A stretch of 64,000 nt of DNA from Vicugna vicugna. Lineage: Eukaryota. The notes under the pieces were generated by a model that saw nothing but the letters and a program-made list of their open reading frames with translations, was not told the origin of the DNA and searched no databases. Position 1 is the stretch's first letter; each line of letters starts with the position of its first letter. The stretch is taken from NCBI GenBank assembly GCA_013265495.1, contig MU058423.1, positions 8,913,627-8,977,626 of the forward strand, in the 5' to 3' direction. Shown in pieces: positions 52,090 to 64,000 of this stretch. A program made the translations under genes and the position numbers.

Positions 52090-53560
52090 GAAATATAGAA
52101 AGCAGTTTCTTAAAGTGATAGAAGACTATTCAATAAATGATATTAGGATAACCGGTTAGAAATATGTGGGGGAATATTTAAATGCCTCTCCCACACTAGA
52201 ATGAATTTCACATGTAAGAAAGAGTTAAGTATTTTAAAAATTAAATAATTGAAATTAAGACTGATTATTTATCCAATCACTTCGGGAGGTAAAAGCTCAG
52301 GCCTTTATAGAAGAAACTGCAGAGGAAAATATTGAAAGTTTTGACTCTAAAAACTTAATCACAACATGCTGAACACTGGAATTTGACACAACACTGTAAA
52401 ATGATTATAGTTTGACTCTAAAAACTTAATCACGTGAAAAAGTAAGTATCAAACCAAAGAAAATATTTTCAGGACACAAGAAAATAATGAGTTATTATGT
52501 TTTATGTAGAAAATAAATACAAATCTATAAGAAATCACAACTGTCACAATAAAGGATGCAGACAATTTATAAAAAAATAAATTCAGCCATTAAATGCATG
52601 TGGTAAAAATCTTCAATAATCAAAGAAATGGAAATTGAAACAATGTCTTCTCTTCTTTTAATCTTTTAATACAATAAATTAGAAAAGATAGCAGGGTTAA
52701 ATATATAATATTATAACTCATCTAATGAGTTGACTATTGTGAAAAAGTCAAATGATGATTAGAAAGATTATGTACATACATATATATAGAATATAGCTGG
52801 TAATACCGGTTATTATTTTTGAACACCTATTATGTTCCAGACTGTGGCAAGCCTTTCATGTAATTATGATTTAACCACAATATTTAATCACGTGTAATCA
52901 TTTTCAGATAGTGATACTGAGGTTCAGAGATGTTCAAATGTGCCCAAAATTGAATACTTAATGCATCTGGGACTGGAATCCAGGTATGACTGTCCCCAAA
53001 GTGCATCACCTTAACCACTACATTGTCACCTTCTGTATCAAGTTCCATGTTTTTTAAAGTATTATTAAAAATAATGTGTGTTTTAAATACTATTGCCTAA
53101 GAAACAAAAATTAAAAACGTTTAGAAAGGTAACTGAAAGAGTTTACATTACAATGGTGGCATTGGAATCGACAGATTACGGGTGATTTGTATATTATATA
53201 TTGTTTCATTATTTATTGTTTTATAAATTTAAAAAGATTTCATAAAGAACAATGCCTTGATTTTGGAAAAACATAATACATTTCCCAGTTTATATCAGGT
53301 CCTACTCTAAAACTTAGCAAAATAACACACTAAAAATACCTACATGGCCATTTCATTTGTGGACTTACTCATGTAATGTAAATACATTAAGTATTTTAAT
53401 ATAATTGTAAATATAAAAGTATGCATTTCATTTGAAGAGTAATTAATCTTGACTGAGCTATGGACACACTTGTCCTGTTAGGGCAGTGAATTATGGGACT
53501 TTTTTTTTTAACATTTCTTTTAGTGTTGTTAACAAGATTATTTCAAGAATAAATAAAAAT
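52090..53560 (+). mobile_element. Highly degenerate old L1 (L1ME-like) remnants with an embedded MIR (about 52805-53025, minus strand)
   Basis: A-rich L1-like motifs TTCAATAAATG, AATCAAAGAAATGGAAATTGAAACAATG; MIR core ACTGAGGTTCAGAGATGTT. Confidence 0.55.
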
Positions 53561-53879
53561 TCAAACTAACGTACAAAAACAAGTTTTAATATGTAGCCAA
53601 TAATGAAGGTTCCTATTCTCCATTTTATGTTGTTTTCAGCAACAGTATATAGTCCCAGAGGCTACGAGTCTCAGATACGAGTGAGAAACATCATACTTTA
53701 CCAAGCAGTTCTCTTCCCTTCAAACACGTGAAACCAGCTTTCCTTGGACAAATTCATCAATGTTTCCTCTTTCCTCTATGCTGGATTCTCCTTCCCCTTT
53801 CATAGACTTCTCTTTTCTTTTTATAGACAGACTTTTTGCTGAACTATACCCAAGCAGGTATAAATCCCGATGGTGGAGA

Positions 53880-54680
53880 GACATGGTTGATGCAACTGGA
53901 ACCCCTGCTACTCGGTAATTCAGGAAAGAGACCATGAGGGTAAGTGGCAGTGGGCCGAAAGAGGAGGCCAAACTTAAGGCATCTGTAGAAAGTGCAATTG
54001 ACAGGATACACAAAACAGATGTATACAGAAGTGGAGGGGAGAAGGGAACCAGGAATAAGTCCCAGAACTGTGACTCTTTAGCTGGCTGGACGGTGATGCC
54101 ATCTTCTATGGGATGTTCATAGGGAATAAAATGAGCTCACTGTGTTATCTAGAATTTGAAGTATTTGCTGGAAAATTAGATGGAAATATATATGAAGTAC
54201 AGATCTGAAGCTTGGGAGAGGTGGATGGGCTTGACTGATCAGTATGAAGATCTCCAAAGAGTGAGCATAGTCTAAATTGCAGGATAAGCCTGGTGAGCTG
54301 ACAGGGTATGGTCTCTGGAGACAGACTCTCTGAGTCCAAATCCTGACCCTCTAATTACCAGAAGTGGGAACTCGGGCAAATTATTAACCTCTCTGTGCCT
54401 CAGTTTCCCAGTCCATAAAATGGGAATAATATGAGTACCTACTTCAGAACACCATTAAGATGACGCCATTTTTTAAAAAAGAAGTTTGCAAAGTGCTTAA
54501 AACAGTGCACAGCACATAGTAAACATTTATATACATATTTTTCAAATAAAAAATTGTGTCCAAGAAAGTGTCCATGAAATGAGAGCTGAAGGAAACCAGA
54601 ATGAGCCATGGGGAATATCAACATTTTAAGAGGTGGGTAGAGAAAGAAGTACTCTTGAAAGAGAATGAGAAGAAGCTTCA
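53880..54680 (-). mobile_element. L2 fragment with a nested MIR (about 54300-54535, plus strand)
   Basis: L2 motifs; MIR core GGGCAAATTATTAACCTCTCTGTGCCTCAGTTTCCC...TAAAATGGGAATAAT. Confidence 0.7.
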
Positions 54681-55224
54681 GGTAGGTTTTTTTTTTTTTT
54701 TTTTCGTCAAAAGACACCAAAACTGAGACACTGGGACAGAGGTAATAAGAGAACTGGAGCTTAACTCCTGGTGCCAGTTTCTCTACAATTTTAACAGGCA
54801 GGCTCTCAAATGGTTTTAGAATTACAACAGTTTTGGGTCCCACAGGAGAACCGAAAGCATGTCTTTAGTTACATTAAAGGGAGAGTGTCTAGAACCCTTT
54901 TTCTAGTGATAGTTATAAAGAAGTCTCACATGCTAAGTCTTTGAGTTTGTTGCATTAGGAAAAACTGCAGGCTCTCGAGAGGAGTGCAGACGCTCTGCCC
55001 ATAAAGTAATGTCTACTTCACAGATTCTAGGTTGAATAACGGTCATAAAATGTTCCAAAAGGAAAATCACTTAAGAGCACTGAATATTATTGTCTAGTTA
55101 ATAATTTCCTAGACTTTAGTGATTAGATACCACAGAAACAAAACTAATTCACCTGGCATGAAACAGACTTTTACGCTCATCCCCCTATCTGGCAATGCTC
55201 ATAGCGTGCTAAAAAGCCTTTCAA

Positions 55225-56045
55225 ATGCAGGAAACGTTATCTTTAAAAAATCGTTTTTGGTAGTTCTCTACTATTTCTACACACAACACTTCTGACACCA
55301 AATACCTGGGGGCTTTTCAAACCAAGTGATTCTCCAGTTCTCTGTGGACACCAACTAGGTGTTCCTCAACTCAATTCAATTCTCATACTATCTCTCTAGA
55401 GAGCACAGACCCCACAGGTCTGACCCACAAGCCTGCCCCTACCTCAAGATGCCAGTCACAAGTCCCACGTCACCATCTGTACTTCTTACCAACCGGCTAT
55501 AAATCAGGGGTTCCCATGACTCCTTCCTCAGGTCCAATAATTTGCTAGAATAGCTCACAAGACTAAGGAAAACATTTTATTTACTTCTATCAGTTTATTA
55601 CAAAGGATACAAATCAGGAACAGCCAAGTGGAAGAGGTGCGTAAGGCAAGATCTGGGGACAGGGTTCAGAGCCTGCACGTCCTCTCTGGGCTTGTCATCC
55701 TCCCAGCAATTTGATGTGTTCAACAACTCAGAAGTTCTCCAAATCCTTTTTTTTAATGACTGCCATTAGTGAATTCAATCTCAAGCCTCTGTCCCCTCCC
55801 CAGATTAGGGGTGAGGCTAAAAGTTCCAATCCTCTAATCACAAGGTTGGTAACCAATACCCACCCCCTCCAGAAGGTGTCCAGGGGCTGACCAGGAGTCA
55901 CCTCGTTAGCACAAACTCAGGTAAGACTTGTTGTGAATAACAGATGATGCTCCTCTCGCCCCTGTCACTCACATAGTACCATGGGTTTTAGAAGCTCTGT
56001 GTTAGGAACAGGGAAAAGGCCAAATATATATTTCTTATTATCACA
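55225..56045. mobile_element. MER21-family solo LTR
   Basis: CACTTCTGACACCAAAT, GGACACCAACT, CAATTCAATTCT, ACCGGCTATAAATCAGGGGTTCCCATGAC, AATTTGCTAGAATAGCTCACA, ending TTTCTTATTATCACA. Confidence 0.82.
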
Positions 56046-56249
56046 GATGGAAAAAGAAAAGCCCAAGGATTATCTGGGAAAGAAGGCTTTCTCAGTCTTT
56101 CCATTTTCTAGTGCCTGGGTACATTGCTCAAAACTATTTGTTAAGGAGGGGCTTTTAATTGCAAATATGTGAACTATAAGCCAAAAGTCAGTATTTATTA
56201 ACATGGGGCCATTTGAGCTTTATTAAGATTTAATTATATCCATATACCC

Positions 56250-56600
56250 AGTGTCTTACTTTAGGTTTCCCAAGAAGTAGATTAGGGAAGTGCAGAGAAC
56301 TTCACCCAGGGAGTAGGGAAGTGGGCAGGGCAGGGAAGTCCACCAAGAGAGGGTGTGTTTTCAAGCCCAGCTACCACTGGGTGCACTGGGTCATGGTGGG
56401 AAGCCAGCTGCTCCAGAGTACCCCCAGCTCGCCCGCTGGGCAACCCCCTCCCACCAGCCATTGGCTGAGGGCAGCCCCTGGGGGTGTTAGTTCTCTGACA
56501 CTTCCCTTTGGTGCATGAGTGTTGCAGAGAAAGCCCTGGGGCACAGAGATGCAGGTATTGGCAAATGGAAGTCTTAGAAGCCAGGGACGTAAGAGTACAT
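56250..56600. mobile_element. MLT1 (MaLR) LTR relic
   Basis: TGTCTTACTTTAGGTTTCCCAAGAAG start and GAAAGCCCTGGGGCACAGAGATGCAGG internal motif. Confidence 0.55.
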
Positions 56601-56894
56601 CGTGTCAAAGATAACATGCAAAGAAGTTCTGGGACCTAAAACTAGAAAGATAATGGAGACTTTCTAAGACTAAGCTGAGACATTGGGAGCGTTGCAACAC
56701 AAACAGCCCTCCTGATGCCTTGAGCTTCCATTTACAGTAAATAAGGCCAATAATGGGTTTTAAAGCTATAAGTTTGTGTCAGGGTTCAAAAATAGAGCAC
56801 TCAGATTTCTAGCAGAGAATAAAAGAAAAAAGGCTCTCATTTCATCCTCATTCGTCTGAAGCCCAGACACCACTGAGAAAAATTGAAAATACTA

Positions 56895-57085
56895 ACTTTA
56901 GAGTCAGACCTATGATTAAGTCCAGGCTCTGTCACTCAACGTGCTAGTTTCCAAACCTCTCTGAACCTCACTTTTATCATTTGTAAGGGAAGATGACGTT
57001 AGTACCTACATACTGGGTTGTGAGCATGAGGTAAAGCACAGCGCAGGGCCAGAGAGCTGAGTGACCGATTAATATTAGCCATTAC
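56895..57085 (+). mobile_element. MIR SINE
   Basis: AGAGTCAGACC...TCCAGGCTCTGTCAC...CCTCTCTGAACCTCA. Confidence 0.7.
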
Positions 57086-57644
57086 TAGACATCACAGTGA
57101 AATACCAGTTCACTTAACTACCACTCTGCAACTTCCTTTTGTAGATGAAGCAGGTGAAAAAATTTCAGGTTAACAGCTGAATCAAGAAGTATTGGAAAAC
57201 ATTCAAGAGGAACCTAGATTTCCTATTTTCCCTTAAAGATTTATGGTCTGTGCAAAGAGTACAAAGCTTAAGTATTGTGAAACATCCTTCTAGAGACACA
57301 CAGACTTTTGGATAGAAATTACAAGTCAACATATTACATCTCTGATCAAATGACTACTACACTAGTAGCAGCTTCTTAATAAAGAGTCTTATTTAAGCTT
57401 CTACTAGCCTCTTAATGGGAAAAAGGCAGGGTGGGAAATTCTATCTGAAATAGGCCTGAGCTCTACAACGCTAGGAAAATGTTTTGAGTGCGTGCCCTTA
57501 AAAATGGTATTTGTGAAATATTGTATTATCTACCTGGAAGGTTACATCAGTTTTCCTAGAGCACTTTGCCACTTTTAGAACTTCTATAAAATACAGGGGC
57601 AGGACCTGGGTGAGAAAAATAGAAACAAATTGATATCCAATCAA

Positions 57645-57731
57645 GGGGTGGATATAGCTCAGGGGTAGAGTCCTCGCTTAGCGTGCACAAGATCCTGGGC
57701 TCCATCCCCAGTACCTCCATTTAAAAAAAAA
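57645..57731 (+). mobile_element. Camelid-type tRNA-derived SINE (short form)
   Basis: GGATATAGCTCAGGGGTAGAG...TCCTGGGCTCCATCCCCAGTACCTCC plus A-tail; TSD GATATCCAA(T/G)CA at 57632-57643 and 57732-57743. Confidence 0.9.
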
Positions 57732-57894
57732 GATATCCAAGCAGTCTCTTGCAAGGAAGTTCCACTCCTTTACCCTTACTCTATTCTTTCACTTCTTGTT
57801 GCATTGTCTCTCTGCTCTGTAATCCTTTGGCTAAACCCTGAGCCCAAGAAGGGTACCCAGGTGAGAGAGCAGTTAATCATCACAGGAACCCCAG

Positions 57895-58100
57895 TATCAG
57901 CCGACCTGCGTTCAAATCCCAACCTATCTGGCTTCTTACCAGCTACGGGACTTAATCTAAACTTCACTTTTCTCCTCTGTAAAATGGGGCTAAATAAATA
58001 AAAGGGCTGTTTTGCGGATGAAGAGAGAACACGCCTTGAAGGCAGTCAGTCTTGTGTTTGACATATTGTAGTCAGTACATGACAGCTACTATTATCACTC
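57895..58100 (+). mobile_element. MIR SINE
   Basis: GACCTGCGTTCAAATCCC...CTCCTCTGTAAAATGGGG. Confidence 0.7.
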
Positions 58101-59379
58101 CTATGTCACCATTCAATCTAAGATATTCAACCTCTGTATAACTTTTAAAGGATGAGAAGGGGGAAAAAATGTGGCCCTAGGAATTCAGAGAGGCGATTAA
58201 TGAAACAGTGTCTCTGAGACCTGCTGCATGATATGGGGGAAAGATAATACACCAGTCTCGATAACAAGCAAGAAAAGAGGTGCTTACCCACAAAAATCCT
58301 TCACCTGCCAGCCTCCCCTTTACATGGTGACAGTTCGTACTACAGAGATAATAAAAAAAAGAAAATCAACATCCTTGACATTTAACCCACTAGAAGCTGT
58401 TACTGGCCCTGAGTACAAGCGTGTTTTCACTGACAGCCAAACAGATAAGAATCGTAGGGAAGTTACTCTTTCTAAAAATTCCTAGGACCTCAAAATGAAA
58501 CACACATACATCTTTCTCAGAGCAACTCATCTTGGAAATTTAGTGGAACCAAAACCACCTCGTTTCACACTGACCTGCAATCTGTGGGGCCCATACTTCC
58601 TCTTCTTCATAACGATATCCTCTTGGGCTATGAGGACCCCACATATTCTGAGTTACCTTTTCATCCTTCCGGCTGGTTCAAGCCTGCTGTGCTCAGGTGA
58701 GAAGGCAGAAGAATTCTGCCCTATCACATGGGCAGACGCGGTGTTCCATTACCTCCTATCAGTTCGATTATAGGGTTAAGGAACCAGATCTAATTACAGC
58801 CTAGGAGTGTTCAGGCCCTGGAATGCAAGAAAAGGTATGGGTGACAGTAGACTGCTGCTTTGCCTCTGGAAAACCCAAACTGACAAAAGAGCAGTCTAAT
58901 CCTAAAATTTTACCCAAAACTGCCTGGAAGCTCTTAATAAAGCAGAAGTGTACAATGGTGAAGAGTAGGGCCAAGTGTAAGCTAATGAAAGCTGACTGCA
59001 TCAGAGTCTGCCAGCTCCGTTCTGCTAGTTACGGTGCTGTGGTTCACTCTGGATCAAAACAATCGTCCCTGAACTAGATGTGACTAACCATTTTGGTTGA
59101 ATCCTGTTTAACTGGGTCAGAGGAACGAGCCAGCTGCACATGCGTGTGGGCGAGCCATTCATCATGACCAAGATGTTGGTGTTTACCGTAGGATTCAATT
59201 CTCCTTCTCCAAATTTGGGTTGATTTGCACACTGTTATGCTAACCTCTCTTTCCCCTCAAGCCTCCCATAAAAGCCTGTAAGCGAAAGAGGACTGAGCTC
59301 CCTCGGCCTTTGTCATTAAAGGAGCCTCTTATGAGCTGAAGCCCAGCTGAAGAGAGGGCCTGGTCTCCGAGTTGGTGGT

Positions 59380-59590
59380 GAAGAGCGGAGAGCCAGGCTT
59401 CCCGGATTTAGCTCCCCACCTTGCCACTTGTTAGCAATGAGATCTTGGCCAAGTTTCTTAACCCCACTAAACCTGTTTCTCCATTCGTAAAATAGAGCAA
59501 ATAAAACACTTCAGTGATTAAATCTGGCGATCCATTTACCATGAATGCCCAGCATACAGTAAGCCCTCAATAAATGTTGGCTACTACTAC
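59380..59590 (+). mobile_element. MIR SINE
   Basis: GCCACTTGTTAGC...CTTGGCCAAGTTTCTTAACC...CAGTAAGCCCTCAATAAATGTTGGCTAC. Confidence 0.72.
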
Positions 59591-59679
59591 TAGTAGTAAT
59601 AAAAATAATAAATATCAGGCTAAAGGAAGCTTTCCTAACAGTCGCTCCCTCAGAAACACGCGATGGACACACACACTAG

Positions 59680-59873
59680 CCAGGGATTCTAACTCTCAGA
59701 CCGCCAGCTGAGGGGACCGTCCTATGCATTGTAGGATGTTAGCAGCATCCCTGACATCTGACCGCCACGGAGCACCATCTCAGTTGTGACACCCAAAAAC
59801 GTCTCTCGACATAGCTGAGTGTCTCTCAGGGAGGAGAGGGGAGCAAAATCACCCCAATTTGAGACCCACTGTG
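59680..59873. mobile_element. MER20 hAT-Charlie DNA transposon
   Basis: TCCTATGCATTGTAGGATGTTAGCAGCATCCCTG...CAGTTGTGACA...GCAAAATCACCCC...TTGAGACCCACTG. Confidence 0.85.
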
Positions 59874-62189
59874 CTAGATCAATTAAAAGCAACCGTGACA
59901 GACACACCACTTTGGCTTGTCACTCTTGCCTAAATGTCCCATTAGCTATGTCTACTAGGTAACTACATGACAAATCAATCACATACACAAAAGGTTGCCT
60001 TAAAATTACTTCCTCCCTTGCTGTTAATTCAACTGAAGCTAGAGAGTGTGTCATTTTTATCTCAGTGTTCTCAGCAGCCAGCACACAACGGACCATGGAG
60101 GAAGGAAGGATGAGGGAGTAAAACACCCTTGAGCTTTTTTGTTTCGTGAAACAACTTAAAGCAGCACTTAGGTCTCCTCCCTCTTCTACTCCAGCGACCA
60201 CACAAAGGAGATAAACACTGAGCACCCCCCACGACGCCCTCACGTACGGTGGGGGCCAAGCCGGGTCAGGCTCACGGAGCAGGGAAGGCAGGAGCACCCT
60301 TGCCACGGAGCTTCCGGGCGCGGAGCCAAAGGCTGACAATCAGCTCATCTCCAGGAAACAGCGCCAAGGGCCTCACTGGAGAAGTGGGTCCAAATAGGTC
60401 ACTGAGCAAGGAGACCAGCCGCAAATCCTGGGACAGGAGAGGCCGAACCAGCAGAGTCACAGAGCAGCAGGGCTGGGAACAGAAGCTCAGGATGAGAAGT
60501 GGTCTGAAGAATTCCGCACACAGGCAGAGAGGTTTTGGGCTGGATCTGATCATGTTTTAGACAACCTGGGATGTGGTTATGTAGGGGCCCAAGATGAAAG
60601 GAGACCCGGACTCTGTCACCCATGGTTCAGATTCACCCTGCCAGCTTCGTGCCCATTACAGTTTTGATCAATGTGTTCTCTCTTCATTCAGGTCAGTCAT
60701 AAATATACTGAGCAGAACTTTTCCTTAGAAACTACGATTATTTCCCCAGTGGCTCATTAAATAAAGGTATTTAATTATGTAGAGAACAACTTAAATATAG
60801 TATAAAATAACAGAATCAAAGTTCAGCCAACAGAATTTTCAAGCGAACATCCCTTCAACTATTTTCATATGAACCACCCCCCACCGCCTGCAAAATGATG
60901 CAACTGTATCAAGAGATTGAGTGGTATTTCCAAAGCACACAAATGAGGATTCTTAAATCCCTGGTTATTTGCTACTGAGATATAAACTGGTAAACAAATA
61001 CACAGCTCTCTCAAGTCGTTGTCAGCTACACCTCCTGTTTCCTTCATTGCCCAGCGCTCAATTCTAATTCCGCTAAAATTTATTTCCTCTTGGATTTTGT
61101 GTCCTTTATTATGCAGAGGTATGCAGAGTCAGTGGTAGTAATAAAAGCTTATAGCCCACGTGAGAACCTTCTTCTAGGGTCATGTGTAGGAAAAGCTATG
61201 TATTTCCTTTAAGCAAATAGTGGGCTTTAGGGGGATGAAGCGAGGGGTAGGGGTAGAGGGGCGGAGAGGAGGGCAGGGAGGGAGGAGGGAGTGACTAGAA
61301 CCATATTACGTCTCCTTTTTCACTTTTGCCAGGAATCCTAGACCAAACTTGAAACTCAATTCTGGTAGTTCCTCTGTGTTCTACTTTTATACCTGGCATG
61401 ACTTTCTACTCTAGTTTTTATTTCTCTGGGCCTGATTTTTTATTTATCTGTAGCTCACCACTTTATAGTATGTGCTTATTATAATTCTCCACAGATCTTT
61501 TGTGAAATGAGGCAAAGTATGAATAAAAATTAAACAATGATCAAAATGTTTATATTATGTAAATGACATCGGAAAATGAGAGGCAAGTTAAACAGTATAA
61601 AGAAAAAGGCGTAAAATATTAGAAAGCTTACAATAACTTTTTTTTTTTTTTTTAGTTTTAAGGGTTTTGGACAAAAATGCAGAACCCCCTTGGAGGATTA
61701 ATATCTGAAGTCCTTATAGGTTAGCAGCTTTCTGCGGACTAGCTAATATGTATGCGGGATTATGCACAGGTGAGCCTCCTGACCAGGAGAAAAAATATAG
61801 AAAGAGTAGGTGAGACAGTGTCAAGTCAACCTCATCTCATTGTTTTTAAAGGGCGCTGTTGCAGCCACAAGGATGCCCTTGGGCAAAGCGTACAGTTTCT
61901 TTGTGCTGTTAGGCTAAACATGTCAATCATGGTGACGGCCCCACCTGTTGACCTACTGAAGGGGCAACCCTGGCTCCCACATTTTACCTTAGCAAGAGTC
62001 GGCCCTTGACCGGAAGGCGGTCAACTGTCACTCCCATCCTAGCCTATGATAAATGCAAAAGATTTACTATTTAGCCTAATTCAGCAGCAGATCACAAAAC
62101 ATAGGTGAAGTCACTTCCATAGTCATGTTGCTACTACCAGATTTTTCCCTTATTAAATTAGAACATCCATATCTGAGCTACACGAAGAC

Positions 62190-63750
62190 CTCTACTCTGA
62201 TTCTTCTTTTCATTTTTTTGTGTAGGTAATACACAAACATGGTTCAGAATTCAAAAGAGGCACCCCCCCCCAGGGGCCTGGAACTCCAATGAAAGCAATA
62301 TTTTTGCCAGTTTATAGTTAGCCTTCCAAAAGTTTTCTATTAATTCATAAAATAGCCTCACAAGCAAGGAAATCGAATAATCCTCAAAGGTTTTTCTCCT
62401 TTAACCTACCTCATCCAGTTAATTCACAAGTCCTAAATTCTACTTCAATTCTTCTTTATTTCTTTTCTTTTCTTTTCTTTTTAGGTTTGTTTATTTATTT
62501 AATGGAGGTACTGGGGATAGAACCAAGGATCTTGTGCATGCTAAGTGCACACTCTACCACTGGGCTATATCCTGCCCCAACCCAGAGTAATTTTTTCTGT
62601 TGTTGTCATGAAATATATCATGAAATATCTACACTACATGTATGTACAATAGAAATATGTTACACCTGCAAAATGGCATAGAAGACTTCCATGTATTTTT
62701 CCTACAGCAACATTCCATGTGCCTTCACAGAATATCACCAGCACTTTGGAAACTTGCTTTGTGCCTTTTGCTGTCTATTGTCTTTCCCTCCCTCCACCCC
62801 AGAGTAATTACTTTTCTAAATATTAAGTTCTCCCAATATCTTGGGAGTAATTATACCCCAATACAATAAGTTTATTGTTTTTGAAGTTTTCATAAAGGGA
62901 GTTACACTGGATGTATGTCTCTGTGACTTGCCTTTTCGGTTCTAAGTTGTTTTCATATTCCATTATTTCTCCATGTAGCAATAATTCATTGGTTATTCCT
63001 TTGCCTGCTTTATAGTATTCCATTATATGACTAAACCACCCTTTCTTTAGCCATTCTCCATACTCATTTGAATTGTTTGCCCTTTGGGGGCTATTTCTAG
63101 TAATACTCCTGTAAACGTTCTTGTACAGATACACTGGTGCACATATACAAGAGTCCACAGGTTACAGATTTAGAAGAAATCTGGGTTGTAAGGTACATAT
63201 ATCTTCAAGTTCACTGAGCAATATCAACCTCTGTTCCAAAGCAGTGGATTAATTTGCACTTCCCCCAGCATCACATGAGAGCTCCTGTTGTTCCACATCC
63301 TTGTCAACATTTCTGATTTTAAAATTTTGCCAACCTCTGGTGAGCATGATGTAGTATCTCACTGTGGTTCTTATTTCCATGAAGATAATGTGATCAAGCA
63401 TTTTTCCACATCTCTTTTAAGTAGTATTCTGGCTGTCTTCTACAGGTGTTTACTTATACAATATTATTATCATTCAGTTATTAACATTATCTAATTTCTA
63501 CCATGATTTCTTTTTAACACATGGATTAATTTCCAAAGGTATAGGATTTTTAAGATGCCTTTTTGGATTGATTTCTAACTTAAGTGCATTGATGTCAGTA
63601 AATGTGTTATATTTGGTATTCATTCTTTGAAAACTTTTAGGAATTTGTTCTACAAACAAGTACATAGTCAATTTTCATACATGTCCGTGTTTACTTGAAA
63701 AGAACATGTATTTTCTAGTATTTGGGTTAAATTGGTTGAATAAACATATC
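62190..63750 (-). mobile_element. Old degenerate L1M fragments, interrupted by a SINE
   Basis: Motifs TAGTATTCCATT, AATTTGCACTTCCCCCAGCA, TTCCACATCCTTGTCAACA, TTCATTCTTTGAAA, TTGAAAAGAACATGTATTTTCT. Confidence 0.75.
62449..62580 (-). mobile_element. Camelid-type tRNA-derived SINE
   Basis: Reverse complement of the same SINE body (GGAGGTACTGGGGATAGAACC...CTACCACTGGGCTATAT) with T-rich tail. Confidence 0.9.
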
Positions 63751-64000
63751 TTGAGTTTCCACCAGCTTTAGGTCCCTTCTAGAGTCAGCCACACAGTTCT
63801 TAAGGGCACTTGGACCCTCAGGAACACAAAGATGAGAATTGTAGCTAAACTTACCATTTTGGCTGACATCTACCTCGATGCTAAATTCTTGGGAAAGAGC
63901 ATCAGAATCAGCTTCTGAAGAAAAGGGGAAATTGGGATTAAGTTGAATCCAACATGCAATAAGGGTGCTGAAAGAGGAAGTGACAAGAAGAAGAAAATTA

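Noticed and set aside
57645..57720. tRNA-like sequences here and at about 47174 and 62500
   Set aside because: A-tails, TSDs where visible, and degenerate stems indicate tRNA-derived SINEs, not tRNA genes.

Overview
Mammalian genomic DNA, most likely a camelid (inferred from the tRNA-derived SINE and L1 3'-end types). The window holds the 5' part of CDC14A, a dual-specificity phosphatase, on the minus strand. Coding exons 1-4 (41651-41699, 40772-40862, 24794-24869, 13328-13420; 49+91+76+93 nt) splice with GT-AG boundaries into [104 protein letters not shown] found no further exon, so the gene continues beyond position 1. A CpG-island promoter lies at about 41.2-43.4 kb. The rest is intronic or intergenic DNA rich in L2, MIR, L1, MER and LTR relics, and almost all ORF-track entries are chance ORFs. 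I see no evidence of a new multi-gene system. The best leads are: a candidate in-frame alternative first coding exon (42992-43061); a CGG-repeat poly-Ala uORF ending 1 nt before the CDC14A ATG, with the same TAAGATG arrangement at the alternative ATG; and unusual retro-insertions (an LTR retrocopy nested in a SINE with an inverted B-box, and a tail-less L1 fragment in a 25-bp duplication). Repeat boundaries and subfamily names were assigned by eye and are approximate.
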